Assembly (NCBI GenBank): GCA_963676835.2 | Contig: CAXXFF010000002.1 | Location: forward strand, 109,344-173,343 | Length of the DNA: 64,000 nucleotides | Reading direction: 5' to 3' | Source of the DNA: Marispirochaeta sp. | GTDB taxonomy: Bacteria > Spirochaetota > Spirochaetia > JC444 > Marispirochaetaceae | Shown here: positions 39,032 to 48,822 of the stretch, piece by piece | How positions within the stretch are numbered: the stretch's first letter is position 1 | How the letters are laid out: each line of letters opens with the position of its first letter | Notes under the pieces: generated by a model | The model's input: only the letters and a program-made list of their open reading frames with translations | The model's database searches: none | What the model was told of the DNA's origin: nothing | Translations under genes and position numbers: made by a program

Positions 39032-40033
39032 ATGGCGTTTTTCGACCTGCCCCTGGAGGAACTTGCAATTTACCAGCCCGATGTCAAAGAACCTGATGAT
39101 TTCGATCAGTTCTGGTCGGATACTCTCTCGGAAAGCCGCAGTTTTGACTTGGATCCCCGGTTTGAGAAAAAAGATTTCGGTCTTACCCAGATAGAAACCT
39201 ACGATGTGAGTTTCCGGGGTTTTGCAGGACAGGAGATCAAAGGCTGGTTCCTGCTGCCCTCCGGAGCCGAGGGCCCTCTTCCGGGGATTGTGCAGTATAT
39301 CGGCTACGGCGGCGGCCGGGGCTTTGCCACGGACTGGCTGGGCTGGCCTGCCGCTGGTTACGGCTGTCTGGTAATGGATACCCGGGGCCAGGGATCAAAA
39401 TGGCGGAGAGGAGATACTCCCGACCTGGAACTCTCCGGCGGCAATCCCCAGTACCCGGGCTTCATGACCAGGGGTATTCTCAACCGCAATGACTATTACT
39501 ACCGCAGACTTATTACCGATGCAGTCAGAGCCGTGGAAACAATCCGCAGTCACCATAAAATTGACGGAGACAGAATTGCCCTTACAGGTATCAGCCAGGG
39601 AGGGGGTCTTTCCATTGCCGCTGCCGCCCTGGACGGAAAAGTTACCGCCGCAATGCCGGATGTTCCCTTTCTCTGCCATTTCCGCCGGGCATGCACCATT
39701 ACCGATATGCTACCCTATAAGGAGATCGCCGAGTTCTGCCACACCCACCGGGATAAAGAAGAGATAGTCTTCAACACATTGAACTATTTTGACAACCTCC
39801 ATTTTGCCAGACGGGCAGAGATGCCCGCGCTCTTTTCCACCGCCCAGATGGACCAGATATGCCCTCCTTCAACTGTCTATGCCGCCTATAACAGCTGGCG
39901 GGGAAAGAAAGAGATACGGACATATACCTTTAACGGTCACGAAGGGGGAGAAAGCTATCAGTTTCTCGAGCAGCTCTCTTTCCTGTCAGGAATGGCAAAA
40001 ATGACAAAAGCTGCCGGGCCAAACGGACAGTGA
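39032..40033 (+). CDS. CE7 acetyl esterase (acetylxylan esterase / cephalosporin-C deacetylase family)
   Basis: [25 protein letters not shown], nucleophile elbow [21 protein letters not shown], and His in FNGHEGG. Confidence 0.88.
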   Translation: MAFFDLPLEELAIYQPDVKEPDDFDQFWSDTLSESRSFDLDPRFEKKDFGLTQIETYDVSFRGFAGQEIKGWFLLPSGAEGPLPGIVQYIGYGGGRGFATDWLGWPAAGYGCLVMDTRGQGSKWRRGDTPDLELSGGNPQYPGFMTRGILNRNDYYYRRLITDAVRAVETIRSHHKIDGDRIALTGISQGGGLSIAAAALDGKVTAAMPDVPFLCHFRRACTITDMLPYKEIAEFCHTHRDKEEIVFNTLNYFDNLHFARRAEMPALFSTAQMDQICPPSTVYAAYNSWRGKKEIRTYTFNGHEGGESYQFLEQLSFLSGMAKMTKAAGPNGQ

Positions 40034-40380
40034 CAAAGGACTCTCTTCCGGGACTGCTGTTTCCGGTACTTACCGTTGCCCTACTGGCGGCAGGTCAGGT
40101 TTCCGCAAAATACGGTGCCTCCCTTAAAGCCGCTGGCAGCGGAGGTCTTCTCTATCTGCTCATTTCATACGGATGCTATATGCTCAGGGGAATTACCTGG
40201 GCAGGGACGCTGCGCCGCATGCCGGTAAGCCGGGCATACCCCTTACTGGCCGCTGGATATCCTCTTATTCTCATCCTTTCATTTGCGATTTTCCGGGAAG
40301 AGTTAAATGCCGTAAAAGCTGTGGGCGCCGCTTTCATTACCCTGGGAGTCATTCTTGCCGGAGCATCTTCTGATGAATAG
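40030..40380 (+). CDS. SMR/EamA-like small membrane protein, ArnE-like flippase subunit
   Basis: 116 aa, 4 TMS-like. The GTG start overlaps the esterase stop (GTGA). Confidence 0.65.
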   Translation: MTKDSLPGLLFPVLTVALLAAGQVSAKYGASLKAAGSGGLLYLLISYGCYMLRGITWAGTLRRMPVSRAYPLLAAGYPLILILSFAIFREELNAVKAVGAAFITLGVILAGASSDE

Positions 40381-40735
40381 CTGTACAGCCGCCGCAGAAG
40401 TAATTCTCACCGGGATAATAACCTCAACAGCACAGATCCTGCTGCGCCAGGCCGCCCCGAAGATTGTCTTTAACCGGGGACCGGTGAGTTTCATTGCTTC
40501 TGTTATCAATCCGCGTCTTGTAATCGGCGTATGTCTTGCCGCCGGGGCGCCACTGCTTTATTTTCATGCCCTCCAGACCCTTCCACTCTCCCTGGCCTTC
40601 GGCCTTTCAGCCCTCTCCTATATATGGGTACCCCTGGGAGGATGTCTCGTTCTCCGGGAACGCATTAACCGCCGGCGCCTTCTGGGAACTGCCGGCATCA
40701 TCACCGGACTGCTGATCTGGAGTATCGGGCTTTGA
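40373..40735 (+). CDS. SMR/EamA-like small membrane protein, ArnF-like flippase subunit
   Basis: About 120 aa, 4 TMS-like. The ATG at 40373 overlaps the preceding stop by 8 nt. Confidence 0.65.
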   Translation: MNSCTAAAEVILTGIITSTAQILLRQAAPKIVFNRGPVSFIASVINPRLVIGVCLAAGAPLLYFHALQTLPLSLAFGLSALSYIWVPLGGCLVLRERINRRRLLGTAGIITGLLIWSIGL

Positions 40736-41481
40736 AAATTACCCTGGTTATTCCCACATTTAACGGCTCCGAAGAGCTCAAGCGGCTTATGGAACAGGTG
40801 GAAGCAGTACTCGAACAGTCAGACTTTGCGGATTACGAAATAGTCCTGGTGGATGACGGAAGCTGCGGGGAATACCGGCTCTTTATTGAAGACAAACTGA
40901 TGCCGGAGCACCCCTGCCTGAGGGTACTCTACCTCCAGGGGAACTATGGGCAACAGCTTGCAACTATTACCGGACTAGCTCATGCCCGGGGAGATATAAT
41001 AGCCACCATGGATGATGACCTGGAACACCCCCCGGCACAGCTGACCACATTAATACAAAGTATCCGGGAAGGCAGCGACCTTGCTTATGGAATTGCCGAA
41101 ATTTCCTACGGTTCGCTGCTGAGAAAGTGGGGAGCCCTTCTCAGAGACCAGGTGTTTCGCCGCGTACTCAGGGTCCCTGCGGGGATACGGGTTTCAAGCT
41201 TCAGAGCCATGACCCGGGAGCTCGCCCTGGCGGTTATCGCCGGCCCCTGCCCCTGGCCCTACTTTTCCGCCATGGCCGTACGCCGCCATCCCCGTATTGC
41301 AAATATCGCCATGGATTTTCCCCGCAGAACCGACGGCAGGCAGAGAATTCTCCCTCTTGCCTTACTTCTGCTTAGAATCCTCCTGGCCTATTCTCTCCCG
41401 GGAGCAAAAAAGGCTCCACCGGTCAAGCTGCCTCCCCATGCGGAAATATTCTGCTCCCCCGCAGCGGGAGAGCTGCCGTGA
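40732..41481 (+). CDS. Family 2 glycosyltransferase (ArnC/GtrB/DPM1-like polyprenyl-phosphate glycosyltransferase)
   Basis: ITLVIPTFNGSE, EIVLVDDGS, IATMDDDLEHPP (DxD/ED region). The TTG start overlaps the preceding stop (TTGA). Confidence 0.85.
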   Translation: MKITLVIPTFNGSEELKRLMEQVEAVLEQSDFADYEIVLVDDGSCGEYRLFIEDKLMPEHPCLRVLYLQGNYGQQLATITGLAHARGDIIATMDDDLEHPPAQLTTLIQSIREGSDLAYGIAEISYGSLLRKWGALLRDQVFRRVLRVPAGIRVSSFRAMTRELALAVIAGPCPWPYFSAMAVRRHPRIANIAMDFPRRTDGRQRILPLALLLLRILLAYSLPGAKKAPPVKLPPHAEIFCSPAAGELP

Positions 41482-42722
41482 GTACAATCCTTGTATTGGG
41501 AGGCGGAAGCAGTCAGTTTTCGGGAATCCACCGCTGCCGCGAAATGGGACACCGGGTTATTGTTGCGGATATAAACGCGAATGCCCCGGGCTGTGCCCTT
41601 GCCAATGGCTTTGCGGAAGCCAGTACCTTTGATCCGATAGGGGTTATCCAGGCGGCAAAAAAACACAGGGCCGACGGGATTCTCACCATGGGAAGCGACC
41701 AGCCGGTCCTCACCCAGGCCATTGCAGCGGCCGAGCTGGGACTGCCGTCATTCCTTTCTCCGGAAGCAGCCCTGGCGGCAACCAATAAAAAAGCGATGAA
41801 GCTTCCACTCCGGTCGGCAGGCGTTCCGCTTGCCCCCTTTGATATCCTTTCAGCCGGAATCCGGCGGGTACCGGAGTCAATTAAACTCCCGGCAGTTATG
41901 AAACCCCTGGACAGCCAGGGCCAGCGGGGTATTTTTTACCTTACCCGGAGGGAGATTCCCCGGGAAAACATAGAGGAAACCCTCTCCTATTCGAGGCAGA
42001 CGGAATTTATAGTAGAAGAGTTTTATCCCGGAGGAGAGGTTACCCTCTCCGGCTGGCTCTGCGGGGGAGAACTGCAGGTGTTCAGTATCACCGACCGGGT
42101 AACCCGCCACCTGCTGCCCCGGCTGGGGGTTTGTTTTGCCCACCGTTTTCCCAGCATGTATGCAGACAGGAGAGCTGATATTACCGCTGTCGCCGAGGAC
42201 GCACTCAAGACCCTGAACATAACGGAAGGACCGGTTTACATACAGCTTTTTGTCGGCCCGGAAGGAATCGTTATTAACGAAGTAGCCTGCCGCCTTGGCG
42301 GTGCCTACGAGGATGAGTTTATACCTCTTATAACAGGTATAGATATCCTTGATCTGCTCATCCGGGGCAGCCTGGGTGAAAAAATACTGCCGGAAGAGAT
42401 TCGCCCTGCAATAACCAGCCCTCCGGCAGTGACTGTACCACTGCTCTTCTGCCGTCCGGGAAAAATAGATCACTGGCAGGGAACAGCTGAAGCCGCAGCA
42501 ATTCCAGGGATAGTGAATTATACACCGATTCTGCCGGCAGGCACCGTTATCGGCAACACGGAAAACTCTACCCAGCGGGCAGCCTACGCAATTATCAGCA
42601 GCCCCACTCCGGCGGAGGCAAACCTTTCTGTAGAGGAGTTTTTCCGCACCGCAGGCCCTGTTGATGAAGAAGAAAACCCCATGTTTATCGATTCCCGCCA
42701 TGAGATGTGCTTTCCTTTTTAG
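41478..42722 (+). CDS. ATP-grasp domain ligase
   Basis: ILVLGGGSSQ, NKKAMK, LPAVMKPLDSQGQRGIF, VEEFYPGGEVTLSGW, INEVACRLGG. The GTG start overlaps the GT2 stop (GTGA). Confidence 0.8.
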   Translation: MSTILVLGGGSSQFSGIHRCREMGHRVIVADINANAPGCALANGFAEASTFDPIGVIQAAKKHRADGILTMGSDQPVLTQAIAAAELGLPSFLSPEAALAATNKKAMKLPLRSAGVPLAPFDILSAGIRRVPESIKLPAVMKPLDSQGQRGIFYLTRREIPRENIEETLSYSRQTEFIVEEFYPGGEVTLSGWLCGGELQVFSITDRVTRHLLPRLGVCFAHRFPSMYADRRADITAVAEDALKTLNITEGPVYIQLFVGPEGIVINEVACRLGGAYEDEFIPLITGIDILDLLIRGSLGEKILPEEIRPAITSPPAVTVPLLFCRPGKIDHWQGTAEAAAIPGIVNYTPILPAGTVIGNTENSTQRAAYAIISSPTPAEANLSVEEFFRTAGPVDEEENPMFIDSRHEMCFPF

Positions 42723-42760
42723 TGTTATTTCTTAACGCCTTTCTCCGATCTCTCCGCTCT

Positions 42761-42796
42761 CTTCGATCACTTCGATAACTTCGATAACTTCGATCT
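42761..42796. repeat. Four copies of CTTCGAT at a strict 9-bp period
   Basis: cttcgatca cttcgataa cttcgataa cttcgatct, in the 136-nt gap between the ATP-grasp gene and the ABC substrate-binding gene. Confidence 0.9.
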
Positions 42797-42857
42797 TTAT
42801 GTTTCCGGCCCGGGAACTCTTTACTGCCGCCATGCCGAAAAGGTATTCTGAAGTTCT

Positions 42858-43868
42858 ATGACAGGATTTCCGGGTTTAACCAGCAGCTTTACAAGCTTTA
42901 CGTCAGGCAAATTATTTCGAATCATTACCTCTGCTCTGATACTTCTTTCAGCAGGACTTTTTTTCAGCTGTTCCGGTAAAGACAGCACCCAAACCCTGCG
43001 TATCGCAGAGCAGTATGGTCTGGCCTATGCTCCCCTTCAGCTTATCCGCCTGGAGAAACAGCTTGAAGAAGCAGGAATAAAGACGGAATGGGTCAAACTG
43101 ATCAACACCGCCTCCATCCGGGAAGCCATGCTGGCCGGCAGGGTGGATATCGGCTTTATGGGGATTCCCCCGTTTCTCATCGGCCGGGATAAAGGTATGG
43201 ACTGGAAGATTTTCACCGGACTCTGCCGGGCGCCCCTGGGGCTGGTCAGCCGCAACAGGGAACTCAACAGCCTCGCAGACTTAAGAGCGGAAGACAGAAT
43301 AGCCCTTCCCCAGCCGGGAAGTATTCAGCATATTCTTCTCTCCATGGCCGCCGAAAGGGAACTGGGGGACAGCCGCCGCTTCGACTCCAGGCTGGTTACC
43401 CTCTCCCACCCCGACGGATTTTCCGCACTCTCGAAGGGCAGCGGCATCAGCGCCCACTATACATCGCCCCCCTATCTGTTCGAGGAGCTTAAACTTAAGG
43501 GAGCACGACTGCTTTCGGACGGAGAAACAGCCTTCGGCGGCCCTTTTACCTTTATTGTGGGAGTTGCCCGGGGAAATCTGTCTATGGAAAAACAGAAACT
43601 GCTGCGGAACTTCAATCGTATTCTAATAGCAGCCATGGAACGTTTTGAATCAGATCCTGAAAGCACCATACAAACTCTGAAATCAGAATACGCCATTTCC
43701 GAGTCCCTGCTCACTGAGTACCTCCTATCCGAAGGGCTTGAATACACTCCGGAAATTCTGGGAGTAGAACGGTTTCAGGATTTTATGTACACCTCAGCGT
43801 TGATAGAATCTTCTCCGGCGAAAATTGATTCACTTATCCTGAAAGTGGCCGGAGAAGTACAGCAGTGA
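42858..43868 (+). CDS. NitT/TauT-family ABC substrate-binding lipoprotein (NMT1/SsuA-like)
   Basis: Lipobox FFSCSG. The PBP type-2 pattern is LRIAEQYGLAYAPL..AGRVDIGFMGIPPF. Confidence 0.75.
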   Translation: MTGFPGLTSSFTSFTSGKLFRIITSALILLSAGLFFSCSGKDSTQTLRIAEQYGLAYAPLQLIRLEKQLEEAGIKTEWVKLINTASIREAMLAGRVDIGFMGIPPFLIGRDKGMDWKIFTGLCRAPLGLVSRNRELNSLADLRAEDRIALPQPGSIQHILLSMAAERELGDSRRFDSRLVTLSHPDGFSALSKGSGISAHYTSPPYLFEELKLKGARLLSDGETAFGGPFTFIVGVARGNLSMEKQKLLRNFNRILIAAMERFESDPESTIQTLKSEYAISESLLTEYLLSEGLEYTPEILGVERFQDFMYTSALIESSPAKIDSLILKVAGEVQQ

Positions 43869-44659
43869 AAATCTCAGGATTTCTTAATTCCCTGAAAAAA
43901 ACTGCAGTCCGCCTCCTGATTTTCCTGCTGACAGGTCTGATCTGGGAAATCACCCGCAGGGCAAGCGGAGCACCGGAGGCACTGTTTCCTTCAATACCTG
44001 CAATTCTGAACCGACTTGCCATAGCCGTATTCAATGAGGATCTGAAAGAGCAGATACTCTTTTCCCTGATACTTATCGGTTCAGGCCTTGCCGCCGGTTC
44101 TGTAACCGCCGCCTTTCTGGTTTTCCTTGCAGAACTGCACCCCGTCATGGGAAAGGCAGTTGATACCGCTGCCGCTGTATTCCACCCCCTGCCGGGGATT
44201 GCCCTCCTGCCGGTGGTAATACTCTGGTTCGGCACCGGAATTCCTGCAGTACTTATTATAATCGTCCACTCTGTTCTCTGGCCCCTGACGGTGAATCTGA
44301 AAAGCGGGTATGAAAACCTGCCAGCCACATGGAGAATGGTGGCGGATATCTTCGGGTATTCCCCTGCAGAACGGTTTTTCCGCATAACCCTTCCCGGCTC
44401 CTTTCCTTTTGTGCTGTCAGGCCTCAAGATCGCCTGGGCAAGAGCCTGGCGGGCCCTCATCAGCGCCGAAATGGTTTTTGGTGCCGTAGCCTATGCCGGA
44501 GGGATCGGCTGGTTTATTTTTTCCCGGAGGATATTCATGGATACCGCCGGCATCTTTGCGGGGATTCTGGTGGTAGTCGCCCTGGGACTCATTGTCGAGC
44601 AGGGCCTGTTCCGCCCCCTTGAAAAAGCCGCCCGGAAAAGATGGGGAACCCTGCCGTGA
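43865..44659 (+). CDS. NitT/TauT-family ABC permease
   Basis: EAA-loop region ADIFGYSPAERFFRITLPGSFPFVLSGLKIAWARAWRALISAEM. Confidence 0.85.
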   Translation: MKISGFLNSLKKTAVRLLIFLLTGLIWEITRRASGAPEALFPSIPAILNRLAIAVFNEDLKEQILFSLILIGSGLAAGSVTAAFLVFLAELHPVMGKAVDTAAAVFHPLPGIALLPVVILWFGTGIPAVLIIIVHSVLWPLTVNLKSGYENLPATWRMVADIFGYSPAERFFRITLPGSFPFVLSGLKIAWARAWRALISAEMVFGAVAYAGGIGWFIFSRRIFMDTAGIFAGILVVVALGLIVEQGLFRPLEKAARKRWGTLP

Positions 44660-45393
44660 AGAACCTTCTCTCCTTCAGAAACACCCGTATTGAATATCCC
44701 GGAAGCCCTCGGCCGGTACTGCAGAATTTTTCCATGGAGCTTAAACAGGGAGAACTCCTCTGCGTTCTCGGACCATCGGGCTGCGGAAAATCCACCCTGC
44801 TTAAAGCCGCTGCAGGCCTTATCTCTCCCGCAAAGGGCAGTATAACTCTATCACCGTCATCTCCGGAGAGGCTGTACCCGCGGGTTCTGGTACTTCAGCA
44901 GGAGGATCAGCTCTTTCCATGGATGACTGTAGAGGATAATGCCGGCATTCCCTTGAAAAGAGGGGGAAACAAAAACTGGCGGCAGAAAACACGGGAAATC
45001 CTTGCATCCCTTTCCATGGGGGATGCCGCCGGACTCTATCCGCACCAGCTTTCCGGGGGTATGCGGCAGAGGGCGGTCCTGGCCAGGGCCCTTGCCGCGG
45101 AACCGGAACTGCTGATGCTCGATGAACCCTTTGCCCATCTGGATGCCTCGGTGCGCTCATCCCTGCAGCATCTGGTAACAGATATCTGGCAGCAAAAAGA
45201 GAGCATGCCTTCCACGATTCTGTTTGTTACCCACGATATACAGGAAGCCCTGGTTCTGGCCTCAAGGATTCTGCTGTTTGACAGTAAAGGAAATATCCGG
45301 GAAGACAGAATAATAGAACTCCCCCGTCCGCGGGATCCCTTTGACGAAGAACTTGTTGCCATGGTCAGGGAAATCAGGAATCTCCTGGACTGA
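44641..45393 (+). CDS. NitT/TauT-family ABC ATP-binding protein
   Basis: Walker [10 protein letters not shown], signature LSGGMRQR, Walker B LLMLDEPF. Confidence 0.9.
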   Translation: MGNPAVKNLLSFRNTRIEYPGSPRPVLQNFSMELKQGELLCVLGPSGCGKSTLLKAAAGLISPAKGSITLSPSSPERLYPRVLVLQQEDQLFPWMTVEDNAGIPLKRGGNKNWRQKTREILASLSMGDAAGLYPHQLSGGMRQRAVLARALAAEPELLMLDEPFAHLDASVRSSLQHLVTDIWQQKESMPSTILFVTHDIQEALVLASRILLFDSKGNIREDRIIELPRPRDPFDEELVAMVREIRNLLD

Positions 45394-46963
45394 AATCGAG
45401 CCGGTAGATTCGAACCTTCCACTCTTCCCGGTAGCGGTAGGCAGCAATCCTCATCCCGTAACCCGGGCTGGAAAACTCTTTTATAAGAGTGCCATCATTT
45501 TTCAGCAGCTCCTTCATTTCCGGATACCAGTAGGCAATATTGCCGTACAGTACATTCCACACCGGTCTGCGGGAATAAATAAAATCCAGCTCATCCGACA
45601 GAATTACATACTCTACAGACCGTTCCTTCAGGTACTCATCCAGACTGATTCCCGCAGAGCGGAGTTCCGCAAGATTTCTCCAGTCATAAAACTGCCCACC
45701 CGTCCCGGTCACATATTCGCCATAAAGATTACTCACTACTGTAGAATCCGCAGACACCACATCCCGGATCTCTCCCATAAAGGACTGAAAGGACTCGGTC
45801 TCCCGGGAAATATCAGACAGGGAAAACCGGATATTTGCGGCCAAAAGAAGAACCGGAATCACCAGCAGGAGTTTTTTCAGCATGAAATTCCCCGCAGGAA
45901 GAAGCGCACCGTAGATCCCCAGGTAAAAGAAAGGCAGGAGAAAAACGATTGAAGGCTGACTGTACTTACCAATAAGTGCCACAGCTATTGAAAAGCCCGC
46001 AAAGCCTGCCAGGGGCAGAGAATTACGGTTCCGGAAAAAATCGATAGTCAGAACCAGGGGAAACAGCAGCATCTGCAGCATAATCGGCGGAGTATGATAG
46101 GTCCCGCCTATGCGGAAAAACAGCTTTTTATAGAAAGCGGGAAGTCTCAGCCATTTAATATCCGCCGGCTCCAGAACACCCAGAGGCCTGCCGTAGGCCA
46201 GATAATCAGAAATAAACGATGCATTAAAAAGGAAGCTGAGCAGCACAAAAACCGACGCAAAAATCCCCGTAGACAGAAGAAAAAGAAGCCCCTCTTTTAG
46301 GGTCCGTTTTCTTAACCCGATTGAGACCAAAAGAAAAAGTCCTGCCGGCCAGGCAATAATAAAAGCATTGGGATGAAAACCGGCAGCAAGCCCCGTCACC
46401 GCCCCGGCAAAAAAGCCGCGCTTACCCGGGGGTAAATCATTTTTTGTCAGAAGAACCAGAACAGCAGTTTCCAGCAGAAGCAGCAGACTCTCCTGCCTGG
46501 CAAAATGGCTGCTGTAGATAAACTGAATATCCGCAGCCATTAGTAGGAGCATAAAAATTCGCAGGAATTCTGATCTTCTGTTTTCCGCCTCATTCCGCCC
46601 CTCCCCGCCATTGCCGGGAGAGATATTGTGCAGAAGACGCCAGAATAAGAGCAGACTTACTGTTCCGGCCAGAAGTGAGAGAAGCCGCACAGCAAAAAGG
46701 CTGTAGCCGAAGAGCAGAACAAAGGGTATCTGCAGCAGATGGTAGAGTATTTTTATTGCATGGGGATGCCGGGGATAAAGATCAAAGAAGTCTTCCGTTG
46801 CAGCAGGAGATCCGGCATCCATCATGGAGAGGGTAAGCCCGCTCAGCCATGGCTCATCGGTATGAACAAAAGGATAGGTATCCAGAAAAAGCAGGTTTAC
46901 GGCAAACCACGACAGAGCGATAAAAATGACTATATGAGCTTCGCGGAGTTTACAGTCGACCAT
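45374..46963 (-). CDS. GT-C fold membrane glycosyltransferase (ArnT / PMT_2 / GT39-83-like) with soluble C-terminal domain
   Basis: About 11 TMS. First-loop acidic motif FVHTDEPW, and a C-terminal soluble domain of about 150 aa. The start is 1 nt downstream of the tauB-like stop. Confidence 0.7.
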   Translation of the reverse strand: MVDCKLREAHIVIFIALSWFAVNLLFLDTYPFVHTDEPWLSGLTLSMMDAGSPAATEDFFDLYPRHPHAIKILYHLLQIPFVLLFGYSLFAVRLLSLLAGTVSLLLFWRLLHNISPGNGGEGRNEAENRRSEFLRIFMLLLMAADIQFIYSSHFARQESLLLLLETAVLVLLTKNDLPPGKRGFFAGAVTGLAAGFHPNAFIIAWPAGLFLLVSIGLRKRTLKEGLLFLLSTGIFASVFVLLSFLFNASFISDYLAYGRPLGVLEPADIKWLRLPAFYKKLFFRIGGTYHTPPIMLQMLLFPLVLTIDFFRNRNSLPLAGFAGFSIAVALIGKYSQPSIVFLLPFFYLGIYGALLPAGNFMLKKLLLVIPVLLLAANIRFSLSDISRETESFQSFMGEIRDVVSADSTVVSNLYGEYVTGTGGQFYDWRNLAELRSAGISLDEYLKERSVEYVILSDELDFIYSRRPVWNVLYGNIAYWYPEMKELLKNDGTLIKEFSSPGYGMRIAAYRYREEWKVRIYRLDFSPGDS

Positions 46964-46964
46964 A

Positions 46965-47729
46965 TCAGGCCCAGATATACTTGAGAACTTCCTCTCTCAG
47001 GGCGACAAACTCAGGTAAAGATTTTATCTCCCGGCTGTCCCGGTCGGAGTAACCGGAGCTGAACGGCGTCTCCACCTTCTGCAGAATCCGTCCGGGAAGT
47101 TCAGACATCACATAAACCTGAGTGGAGAGATAAATAGCTTCTTCAACGCTGTGAGTAATGAATAACACAGTTTTCCGGGTTTCCCTCCACAGGCTCAGGA
47201 GCTCTTCCTGAAGGTGCTCACGGGTAAGAACATCCAGCGCTCCGAAGGGTTCATCCATGAGCAGAATATCCGGATCATTGGCAAGAATCCGGGCAATGGC
47301 TACCCGCTGCTGCATTCCCCCCGAAAGCTCATAGGGCTGCATGTGGCCGAAATCCGACAAATGAACCCTGCGCAGGTTCTCCTCAACAATTCTCTTCTGC
47401 TCCGATCTGGCAACTCCCCGCATTTTCAGCCCGAAGGCGACATTCTGTTCCACATTGAGCCATGGATAGAGGGAGGGCTTCTGGAATACTATCCCCCGGT
47501 CCTTTCCGGGGGCTGTCAGGGGGGCACCCTTTTCCATAATCGTACCCCTGGTCGGGGGAAGAAACCCGCCGATAACGTTAAGCAGGGTCGACTTTCCGCA
47601 GCCCGAAGGGCCGACAATACTGATAAAATCACCCTGATTCACCGTCAGGGAAACATCCTGTACCGCGGAAAGAGGACCCTTTTTTGTCTCAAAGTCTACG
47701 GATATCCCGGAGAGTTCCAGAAGATTCAA
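46965..47729 (-). CDS. tauB: Taurine-type (NitT/TauT) ABC ATP-binding protein
   Basis: [29 protein letters not shown]. Confidence 0.85.
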   Translation of the reverse strand: MNLLELSGISVDFETKKGPLSAVQDVSLTVNQGDFISIVGPSGCGKSTLLNVIGGFLPPTRGTIMEKGAPLTAPGKDRGIVFQKPSLYPWLNVEQNVAFGLKMRGVARSEQKRIVEENLRRVHLSDFGHMQPYELSGGMQQRVAIARILANDPDILLMDEPFGALDVLTREHLQEELLSLWRETRKTVLFITHSVEEAIYLSTQVYVMSELPGRILQKVETPFSSGYSDRDSREIKSLPEFVALREEVLKYIWA

Positions 47730-47733
47730 ACTG

Positions 47734-48762
47734 CTACTGCCCCAGAGCCTCTTCTATATACTCAGGATGAAGAGCCGCCTTGAAGGCATCAATATCGGGA
47801 GACGAGATAATGGTCTGCTGGGTAACCAGAAAATCCGCAGTTGCCTTCAGCACACCGGCAAGATCTCCGATCTGCCCCTGTGTTCCCATATACCGGGAGG
47901 AGATCTGGTCTTCTCCGGTCAGCAGCACCAGACTTTTCATCTGCCGGGCAGCCTCTGCCTCGGGAATATCGAACTGACGGCTTACTGCAGCAGCAGCCTC
48001 ACTGCTGTTTTCATTGTAAAAATCTACAGCACGGATCTCGCTCTTTATATACTTTGTCACCAGGTCGGGGTATTTTTCGGCGAACCCCTTTCTAACCACG
48101 GTAATATCTCCGGTAAGGTATCCGGCCGCTGCCAGTTTTCTGGAGTAGACAACAACCTTACCGCCACTCTCAACCATTTTTGCAAGAGTGGGCTCCCAGA
48201 TAAAGCTGCCGTCAATATCTCCCCGGTGCCAGGCTGCCAGGGCATCAGGAGGCTGCATATCAAAAATATCAACAGTTTCGGGATCTACCCCTTCAAGCTC
48301 CAGGGCTGCCAGCAGATGATAATGAGTGGTTGCACCAAAGGGAACAGCAATCTTCTTGCCCGCAAGGCTCTTTACATCGGTAATGCCAGAATCGTTTTTA
48401 ACCACCAGAGCCTCATTGTCTCCGATAATATCGTGTATCCAGATCACATCGAAGGGAACCTTGTTGGCAATACCCGCAGCAATTCCACTGCTTCCGGAAA
48501 GACCGATATCAATACTTCCCGCGGCAAGGCCAGTATTGAGTTCTGATCCCGAGTTCAGCTGAACCCATTCCACCAGAATACCGGTCTCCTCTTCGAACCA
48601 ACCAAAATCCTTGGAGATTATCTGGCCGTTTGGTATGGCCTGAAATCCGATAACGATCTTTTCCGGAGCACCGGAAGCGGATTCTTTATTCCCTGCAGCT
48701 GCAGCATCAAGTGCAAACAGTGCAAGAAGAGACAGCAGTACGATTCCTTTCTTCATAGTCAA
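47734..48762 (-). CDS. tauA: TauA-like taurine/sulfonate-binding periplasmic protein
   Basis: Blocks I recognise from E. coli TauA: GDNEALVVK, GKKIAVPFGATTHYHLLAAL, QPPDALAAWHRGDIDGSFIWEP, VVRKGFAEKYPDLV. Confidence 0.8.
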   Translation of the reverse strand: MTMKKGIVLLSLLALFALDAAAAGNKESASGAPEKIVIGFQAIPNGQIISKDFGWFEEETGILVEWVQLNSGSELNTGLAAGSIDIGLSGSSGIAAGIANKVPFDVIWIHDIIGDNEALVVKNDSGITDVKSLAGKKIAVPFGATTHYHLLAALELEGVDPETVDIFDMQPPDALAAWHRGDIDGSFIWEPTLAKMVESGGKVVVYSRKLAAAGYLTGDITVVRKGFAEKYPDLVTKYIKSEIRAVDFYNENSSEAAAAVSRQFDIPEAEAARQMKSLVLLTGEDQISSRYMGTQGQIGDLAGVLKATADFLVTQQTIISSPDIDAFKAALHPEYIEEALGQ

Positions 48763-48822
48763 TCCTCTTGTTCTTTATATTTTTCTGCCCTTTATACAAG
48801 GCCTCTTATACCTGTTGGATTT

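Noticed and set aside
43834-44460. 208-aa minus-strand ORF over the ABC permease gene
   Set aside because: It is antisense to a permease with a clear EAA loop. Arg/Ala/Pro-rich shadow ORF.
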